DNA of 64,000 bases from Clostridia bacterium (GTDB lineage: Bacteria > Bacillota > Clostridia > CAKSNL01 > HGM11501). A model generated the notes under the pieces. It made no database searches. It worked only from the letters and a program-made list of their open reading frames with translations, and was not told the origin of the DNA. The stretch spans positions 81,618 through 145,617 of the forward strand of contig JAZQAZ010000020.1 of the NCBI GenBank assembly GCA_045545475.1, written 5' to 3'. Positions 28,488 through 34,988 of the stretch are shown here, one piece after another (the first letter of the stretch is position 1; each line of letters opens with the position of its first letter). The position numbers and the translations under genes were made by a program.

Positions 28488-28550
28488 GCGCACATTTTTT
28501 GGGAAAAATTTCTTTTTATAAAATCCGTATGGCAGATGAGAAGGAGAGAT

Positions 28551-28576
28551 TACCACATAATCGGCATTATGTGGTA
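28551..28576. repeat. Right recombination site (inverted repeat IRR)
   Basis: TACCACATAA-TCGGCA-TTATGTGGTA, the exact reverse complement of 28322-28347 (27 bp with one flanking base). Confidence 0.92.
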
Positions 28577-28612
28577 GAAAATTATGAGTGGTTTTTTGAA
28601 AGGAAGGATTTT

Positions 28613-31600
28613 ATGAAAAAGGAGTTTTTGCACATTTTCAGCTTCGTTATGATTGCAATTTTCACATTCTCTTGTATCGGGGCTGTAAGTGCGGAAGAAA
28701 CCTTCGATATTCCCGTAATTGAGGAAGTATCGGAGGAGGAGCTTGCAGAGGTTCTCCCGGAAGAGGCAGACGTGGAGATGATGGAGGAAGAAACGGAAAT
28801 CGCTAAGGAAGAAGCATATTTTGAAATACGTGACGGAAAAGGAAATCATGTATGGTTTTTTGCTGATTTGAAGGAGGCACTTTCCTCAGATAAATTACAA
28901 AACGGCTATACACTTTTGATGCTGAAAGACTACACTTGGGATTATACTCTGGCAGATGTATCCAAGGGCGAAATCAGCGGAATAGATATGCCGGGAAGTA
29001 AAACCTTCACATGGGACGGCGACGGTCATACCATTACCGACAAATTTGACAGAAGCAAGTATACGAGAATGACTCAAAAAGACGGTGTATGGACTACGGA
29101 GTTGGGAGGCCATGATGACAGAGCTTCCTACAATCTTGGTAGTGCAAAAGTAACTGCGAAAAACATAACATTTTCGGGAAATCCGCAAAATACGATTAAT
29201 AAACAGGGACATACAAATGGCTGTTTTAATATCGGTAACGGTCAGCTTACATTGAAGGATGTTAAATTTATAAACTATTTCGGATGGAACGGCAGCGTTT
29301 GTTGGATGCAGGGAACAGGCAAGCTGGTTATGGTTGAAAATGTAACTGCCGAAAACTGTTCAGTGCAATACCACGGTCTTATAGGGATAAATAAAGGAAC
29401 TGCTGAAATAAGCGGATTCACTATGAAAAACTGTAAAGGAACTGCTGCTATCGGTGTAGGTACAGTTGCTTCCGAGGCAAGCCTTAACATAGAAAACAGC
29501 ACTATAACAAATTGTTCAACCGGAATACTTGTAGGAGCTTCTGGTGAGTCTGGTAATCAGGGTGTTGCTAATATTGGAGACAATGTGACTATATCCGGTT
29601 GTTCATATGGTATATCTGTTCATACTGGTGCTACAGTCAATGTGACAGGCTTAAACGTTAATATTAACAGAAATACCGAAAGTGGTATAGTTCTTTACAA
29701 CAAAAAGGAAGCTGAAATTGGCTCAACATTAAATGCAACTGGTGGAATGAATATAACAGAAAACCAGAACGCCGGTATTGATATTGCTGAAAACTCAATA
29801 GTTATATTAAATGGCAATGTCAATGTTACAGAAAATACAAATGCTGATATCAGAATGGAAGTAGCTGACGCACTTGAGGTTGGCGAAGGCTTTACTGGAA
29901 CGGCAGGAGTTAGTGTTGTTTCAAACGATATCTGGTTCGGACATCTGGCAGAAGGGGTAGAAACACTTAATGGAACAATATACGAGGGAATTGATCCCAA
30001 CGGACATAAAGGTGCTGTATATGAAAGCCTGATTGGTTCGGGAACGGTAACCCATAACGGAAAAACATATTCTCTTAAAAAGCCTGTAACAAGAGACCTT
30101 GACGATAATGCTCTTGTAATTGGCTACAAAATGTATAAAAAAACAGGCTCCGATGCGGCGGGATACAAGAGAGTCGGAGCGGATGCTGCCATAGGTACAA
30201 GTATGCTCAGCGGTGGAGAAATTTATCTTCTTTCGGATATAACTTTGGCAGGAGATATCAAGTGCGATAAGGATAGCTCTACTATTGACGACCACTTTGA
30301 CTTTACCGGAAGCACAGCTGTTGCAAATATATACGGAAATGGTCACACAATAAGCATTCATGATGATTATACAAAGGGGCATTTTTTCGCAGTTTACCAG
30401 GATGCGACCATGAATTTCCACGACGTTATTTATAACGGAAAAGGAAGGACGACTTTTGCCTATATACACTGCTCGGAAGACCCTAAGGGTGGCGGTGCAA
30501 TAAGTGCAGACAATGTTATATATTATAATGGTAAGCATACTACCTATGCCGGCGGTATTTATAACTCAGGAGAAGCCTATGCCGGTACAATAAATGTAAA
30601 AGACTGTAAGTTTATAGCATGCAAAGGTGCAAACGGCGGTGCATTATATTCTACAGGACTCGGCGTGCTCAATGTATCTGATACAGACTTTATAGATTGT
30701 GCGGCTACAAGTAACGGAGGTGCAGTTTATCTCACCAATAATCATACAATGACTATGTCTGGAGAAATCAATGCTACAGGCAATAAGCGTGGAAGCAAGG
30801 AAAACAATGTGTACCTTTCAAGCGGAGCGAAAATAAACATAGCAGGAAACATAACAGGTGAAATAGGTCTTACTATGGCACAGTCAGGTGCAACCTTCGG
30901 AACTGTTGCAGATACCAATATCACAGGTCTTGATTGCTTCTATGCAGATGGTGCAGAGATAAGATATTATACAGCAATCGGCACCGAACCTGTCATTGAA
31001 AAGGTTAAAGGTACCTTGTTCCCGGAAACTGTGGGAACAGGTGAACTTAACGGTGAGGTTGTTATCGATATGCAGGATGTTGCATCAAGAAAAGAGGGAA
31101 GAGAAAAGGATGCAGTTTTGCACTGGCCCTGGATTGTAGTAAAAGAAGACGAAACCAGATACGGATATGTAAGCCTTAACTCGGCGTATTCAAACCTTGC
31201 GGCAACTTCATTCATATATGCTCAGAAGGACATAACAATTCAGCATTTGTGGGATAAAGCTATAACAACTGAAACAACAAGCGAGGAAAGAAAAGAAATC
31301 TATGCACACGTAGAATTTCCTCTTCCGGGTTCTGGAGATAGGCTTAACCATATAAATACGGGAGCAAATGTAAACATCGACGGAAACGGACACGTGATAA
31401 CGGTAGATAAATCTGATAGTAACTATATGTTTGTTATATACGGCAATAACAAGAGCTTGCAACTTAAAAACTTTATTTATAACGCCGATAAGCCTATGGC
31501 ACATATACATAAAGACCAGGCAAACGGAACAGAAGCGATTATCATAAATAACAGTTATTTCAACAGTCCGAACAGAAATGTTATAGGTGCATTTAAGGGA

Positions 31601-32446
31601 GGAACGGTCACTGTCAATGACAGCACAGTGATTGGAACTTTCGATATAGGATCAGGAGCTAAGCTTATACTTTCTGATACGGCAGTTTCAAAACCGAGCG
31701 GAAAGAGTGTGGTTCTTACCGGTGTTGCACCTGTTGAAGCAAGCGGCGAAACAGCGGCAGTTCCTGCGGTAATTACAAAAGTAACGGTAAAGGGTGATAC
31801 GACGATTTCAGCAGGTAATGGCCTTTATGCAAATAATAAGTATGTCGAAGTTATAATAGACGAAAGCTTTACCGGTTCAATTGAGGTAAATGAGGCGAAC
31901 GGCTGTATAGATAATGTTAAAGCAGGCGAAGGCTTTACTTCCTTAGAGTCTGTAAAGAGCATTACTAAAGCAGGTTCAAACGGCGAAACATTTGCATATT
32001 ATGACGAAGCAAATGAAAAGTTTGCGTGGACTATGGCACCTGAGCTTACACGTACGACAGATTCGGGTAAGTATAGTGACGGGTACGGAACAATAAGATT
32101 TCTGACAACATTTAAAACTGTTGACTCTGCTGCCGTTGCAAGTTATGGAACCTATGCGGTGGGAGAAAGCAGCTTTGTTGAGAATGCAGAGTGGGAAGAA
32201 ACAGAGTTCATAAAATTTGACAAGACACCGGAAGCTGATAAGGTATATTATGTTGATGTTATAAAAATTCCCGCGGAGCATTTTGATACAAAAATTAAGG
32301 CACTCAGCTTTGTAAAGATTAAAGGAATAAAAACCCCCATTTATTACGATTTCAATTTGGCAAGTGTAAATAAAAATGACACAGAAACAGGCGAGGGAAC
32401 ACTGAAGAACTTAGGCAAGCCAACATATGCCGAAGCAGAAGCATGA
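28613..32446 (+). CDS. Large secreted/surface protein, ~1277 aa, predicted beta-helix (pectate-lyase-like/Pmp-like) repeats; possible adhesin
   Basis: GAAAGGAAGG RBS before ATG 28613. Signal peptide MKKEFLH..GAVSA, Glu-rich linker, three D/Y-G-x-GH-x-I modules (DGDGHTI, YGNGHTI, DGNGHVI), GGAI/GGIY/GGALY/GGAVY motifs, Asn/Gly/Thr-rich strands. Confidence 0.8.
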   Translation: MKKEFLHIFSFVMIAIFTFSCIGAVSAEETFDIPVIEEVSEEELAEVLPEEADVEMMEEETEIAKEEAYFEIRDGKGNHVWFFADLKEALSSDKLQNGYTLLMLKDYTWDYTLADVSKGEISGIDMPGSKTFTWDGDGHTITDKFDRSKYTRMTQKDGVWTTELGGHDDRASYNLGSAKVTAKNITFSGNPQNTINKQGHTNGCFNIGNGQLTLKDVKFINYFGWNGSVCWMQGTGKLVMVENVTAENCSVQYHGLIGINKGTAEISGFTMKNCKGTAAIGVGTVASEASLNIENSTITNCSTGILVGASGESGNQGVANIGDNVTISGCSYGISVHTGATVNVTGLNVNINRNTESGIVLYNKKEAEIGSTLNATGGMNITENQNAGIDIAENSIVILNGNVNVTENTNADIRMEVADALEVGEGFTGTAGVSVVSNDIWFGHLAEGVETLNGTIYEGIDPNGHKGAVYESLIGSGTVTHNGKTYSLKKPVTRDLDDNALVIGYKMYKKTGSDAAGYKRVGADAAIGTSMLSGGEIYLLSDITLAGDIKCDKDSSTIDDHFDFTGSTAVANIYGNGHTISIHDDYTKGHFFAVYQDATMNFHDVIYNGKGRTTFAYIHCSEDPKGGGAISADNVIYYNGKHTTYAGGIYNSGEAYAGTINVKDCKFIACKGANGGALYSTGLGVLNVSDTDFIDCAATSNGGAVYLTNNHTMTMSGEINATGNKRGSKENNVYLSSGAKINIAGNITGEIGLTMAQSGATFGTVADTNITGLDCFYADGAEIRYYTAIGTEPVIEKVKGTLFPETVGTGELNGEVVIDMQDVASRKEGREKDAVLHWPWIVVKEDETRYGYVSLNSAYSNLAATSFIYAQKDITIQHLWDKAITTETTSEERKEIYAHVEFPLPGSGDRLNHINTGANVNIDGNGHVITVDKSDSNYMFVIYGNNKSLQLKNFIYNADKPMAHIHKDQANGTEAIIINNSYFNSPNRNVIGAFKGGTVTVNDSTVIGTFDIGSGAKLILSDTAVSKPSGKSVVLTGVAPVEASGETAAVPAVITKVTVKGDTTISAGNGLYANNKYVEVIIDESFTGSIEVNEANGCIDNVKAGEGFTSLESVKSITKAGSNGETFAYYDEANEKFAWTMAPELTRTTDSGKYSDGYGTIRFLTTFKTVDSAAVASYGTYAVGESSFVENAEWEETEFIKFDKTPEADKVYYVDVIKIPAEHFDTKIKALSFVKIKGIKTPIYYDFNLASVNKNDTETGEGTLKNLGKPTYAEAEA

Positions 32447-32455
32447 GGAGGGATA

Positions 32456-32668
32456 ATGATGAACGATAAAATGAATATAACGCAAGAAAATCCCTTTTCC
32501 GAGAACGAGAAAGTAAACAAGGAAAAAAAGAAAAAGGTATATGAAAGCCCCGAAATTACGGTGATAGAAATCGAAACAAAGGATGTCATAAACGCCAGCA
32601 CTTTAATCGGATTCGATGCAGGTGAAAACCTTCTGGGTTCCGGTCAGATAGAGTTTGACTTGAAATAA
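32456..32668 (+). CDS. Small protein with a YxxP leader-like motif
   Basis: GAGGAGG RBS overlapping the upstream stop; KKVYESPEITVIEIETKDVINAS motif. The start could be 32456 or 32459. Confidence 0.75.
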   Translation: MMNDKMNITQENPFSENEKVNKEKKKKVYESPEITVIEIETKDVINASTLIGFDAGENLLGSGQIEFDLK

Positions 32669-32711
32669 TTAATAATCGCGGAAATCGGACCGCATAAAAT
32701 ATGTCTGAAAT

Positions 32712-32812
32712 GCAGAAACAGTGCAACAGCTTGTTGTAAATACAACTGCTTTCTGCTTTTTAGAGAACCACTTCTATGCGAAAAGACGGCTAGCACCGTC
32801 TTTTTGCATTTT
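32712..32812 (+). terminator. Two tandem terminator-like hairpins after the switch-controlled operon
   Basis: GCAGAAA...TTTCTGC-TTTTT (32712-32761) and ATGCGAAAAGACGG-CTAGCA-CCGTCTTTTTGCAT-TTT (32776-32812). Confidence 0.7.
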
Positions 32813-32853
32813 AAATTTTTGCAGCCGGCAATCTGAACTCATCCGCCTTTTGG

Positions 32854-32934
32854 TGTCATTCTGAGTCCGAAGGACGAAGAATCCCGCGCAAAAAAGATTC
32901 TTCACTCCGCCTGACGGCTCTGCTCAGAATGACA
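32854..32934. repeat. Pair of TGTCATTCTGAG...GAAGAATC palindromic repeats
   Basis: TGTCATTCTGAGTCCGAAGGACGAAGAATC (32854-32883) and inverted AGATTCTTC..GCTCAGAATGACA (32895-32934). The first unit is nearly the reverse complement of 16472-16502. Confidence 0.85.
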
Positions 32935-33073
32935 GGTGGGAATATAAATAAAACAGAAAAGTTTTAAGAAAATAACAATTTCCCCTTGTTTTAATTTCTT
33001 TTTAGTGATATAATAATTAATTAATAATATAATCGGAGAAATTGTGTCTTTTTGTGAAAGGAAAGAGCAAATT

Positions 33074-33607
33074 ATGAAGATAAAAGTTGATAAACTTACA
33101 TATAAAGAGTTTACTGAATATGCGGATTCCACCGTGGCAAAGCCTATAAAAATGACTCTGGCGTTTTTCATCGGCGTGGCAATAATTTTAATCATTATCG
33201 CAATGAGCAAGCCTTCATTTGAAGGTGCTGTTACACCACTTTTCTGGTGCGTGGGAATTCTTGCGTTCCTTCTTGTGGCATCAAATGCAAGCGTAAATAC
33301 TGCATTTAAAAAATCGGGGCTAGCATCAACTAATTGCAGTTACACCTTTATGGAAGACGGTATGAAAATCGCCATGGGGAAATTAAAGGGCGACCTTGAG
33401 TGGAAATATGTCAAATATGTAAAAGAAACCAAAAATCTCTGGATTATGAGAGTGCCCAACAGCCAGTTTATAATCCCTAAAAGATGTATGAACGAAGAAG
33501 AGTGGGAAAGTCTTATAGATACATATATTCCCGAAGATAAAATAAAGCGGATGAAGTATAAGAGAAGCAACCCTGAAAGGACGAAGGACGATGACAGTGA
33601 AGACTGA
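33074..33607 (+). CDS. YcxB-like membrane protein
   Basis: Two transmembrane segments, then YTFMEDGM..LEWKYVKYVKETKNLWIM..FIIPKR. Start ATG 33074 behind GAAAGGA. Confidence 0.7.
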   Translation: MKIKVDKLTYKEFTEYADSTVAKPIKMTLAFFIGVAIILIIIAMSKPSFEGAVTPLFWCVGILAFLLVASNASVNTAFKKSGLASTNCSYTFMEDGMKIAMGKLKGDLEWKYVKYVKETKNLWIMRVPNSQFIIPKRCMNEEEWESLIDTYIPEDKIKRMKYKRSNPERTKDDDSED

Positions 33608-34973
33608 GAAAAAAGAAATTTTAAGACAGAAGGACTTTGCCGAAAAGGTTAAAAATATAATTGGCGAAGGGAAAAAATATCTTTTAATAACACTTGGCTG
33701 TCAGCAAAACGAGAGCGACTCTGAAAAGCTTCACGGTATGCTTGGGAAAATGGGCTACACCGAAACAGAAAGCTTAGATGATGCCGACCTTATTTTATAT
33801 AACACCTGTGCGGTAAGGGAAAATGCGGAGAAAAAGCTTTTCGGAAGAATAGGTGCATTAAAACCCTATAAGGAAAAAAATCCCGACCTTATAATAGGTG
33901 TGTGCGGTTGTATGACACAGCAAAAGGGGATGGATGAACGTTTTCGTCGCTATTATAAATACGTTGATATGGTTTTCGGAACCCATAGTTTATACGCCTT
34001 TCCGGAGATTTTGTATAAGGCGATAGAAGATAGATTGCAGGTTCGTGACATAAGAGATATTGACGGAGAGGTTACAGAAGGTATTCCGATAAAAAGGCAG
34101 AGCAACGTAAAGGCCTACCTTTCTGTTATGTATGGCTGTAACAACTTCTGCAGCTACTGCGTTGTGCCCTATGTAAGGGGCAGGGAGCGAAGCCGTGAAT
34201 ATAAGGATGTATTGGATGAAGCAAAGTCAATTGCGTCCTCCGGCATAAAGGAAATTATGCTCCTTGGACAGAACGTAAACTCCTACAATGGGGGCTTAAG
34301 CTTTGCAGAGCTTGTGGCGAAGGTCAGCGAAATTGACGGGATTGAGCGAATCCGCTTTATGTCATCCCACCCCAAGGATATTGGAAGTGAGCTTATCGAC
34401 GTTATGGCACAGCGTAAAAATGTGTGTAATCAGCTTCATCTTCCCGTACAGTCGGGAAGCGACCGTATACTAAAGATTATGAACCGTCGCTACACGGTTG
34501 AAAAATATATGGGAATAATTGACGAGGTTAAGCGAAAAATTCCCGATGTTACCCTTACAACCGACATAATCGTGGGCTTCCCCGGTGAAACCAACGAGGA
34601 TTTTTATAAGACTATGGAGCTTTTAAGAAAAGTACGCTATGACAGCATTTTCTCATTTATCTACTCAAAGAGAAAAGGCACGCCTGCCGCAGTTATGGAA
34701 GATTGCCTGACAGAGGAAGAAAAGCACATTAATTTTGACAGGATGTTAAAGCTTCAGAACGATATTTCCCTGGAAAAGAACAAAGCAATGATAGGCTCTG
34801 TTCAGTCTGTTTTAGTGGAAGGCGAAAGCAAAACAGACAAGCTGCGTCAGTGCGGAAGATCGGAAGGCGGAAAATTAGTGCATTTTGCTTCCGATAAGGA
34901 TTTGACCGGCGAAATAGTTAAAGTGAAAATTACGGATGTCAACACCTGGACGCTTTCCGGTGATATGATATAA
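33591..34973 (+). CDS. miaB: tRNA methylthiotransferase MiaB
   Basis: TLGCQQNESDSE, NTCAVRENAE, GCNNFCSYCVVPYVRGRERSR (radical SAM), LLGQNVNSY, TDIIVGFPGET, TRAM-like C-terminus. Confidence 0.96.
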   Translation: MTVKTEKKEILRQKDFAEKVKNIIGEGKKYLLITLGCQQNESDSEKLHGMLGKMGYTETESLDDADLILYNTCAVRENAEKKLFGRIGALKPYKEKNPDLIIGVCGCMTQQKGMDERFRRYYKYVDMVFGTHSLYAFPEILYKAIEDRLQVRDIRDIDGEVTEGIPIKRQSNVKAYLSVMYGCNNFCSYCVVPYVRGRERSREYKDVLDEAKSIASSGIKEIMLLGQNVNSYNGGLSFAELVAKVSEIDGIERIRFMSSHPKDIGSELIDVMAQRKNVCNQLHLPVQSGSDRILKIMNRRYTVEKYMGIIDEVKRKIPDVTLTTDIIVGFPGETNEDFYKTMELLRKVRYDSIFSFIYSKRKGTPAAVMEDCLTEEEKHINFDRMLKLQNDISLEKNKAMIGSVQSVLVEGESKTDKLRQCGRSEGGKLVHFASDKDLTGEIVKVKITDVNTWTLSGDMI

Positions 34974-34988
34974 GAAAGGCTTGATTAA

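Larger units (their letters stand above)
28322..28576. other. Invertible DNA switch (inverton), assembled in the predicted OFF orientation
   Basis: 203-bp interior (28348-28550) bounded by exact reverse-complement sites. Contains a minus-strand promoter and a plus-strand terminator. Lies between a tyrosine recombinase and a surface protein gene. Confidence 0.85.

Noticed and set aside
28322-28576. Sites as the chromosomal dif locus or as prophage/ICE att sites
   Set aside because: There are two copies in inverted orientation 229 bp apart with fully symmetric arms. dif is single with unequal arms, and att sites would be direct repeats flanking the element. No phage or conjugation genes are present.
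28499-28612. N-terminal extension of the 1315-aa ORF through site R
   Set aside because: The upstream TTG and ATG lack an RBS and lie inside the invertible segment. The RBS and signal peptide point to ATG 28613.
29480-30000. Apparent shift to T/A-ending codons inside the surface protein gene (possible mosaic)
   Set aside because: This is a visual impression only. It needs a sliding-window GC3 calculation that I could not run, and amino-acid composition may explain it.
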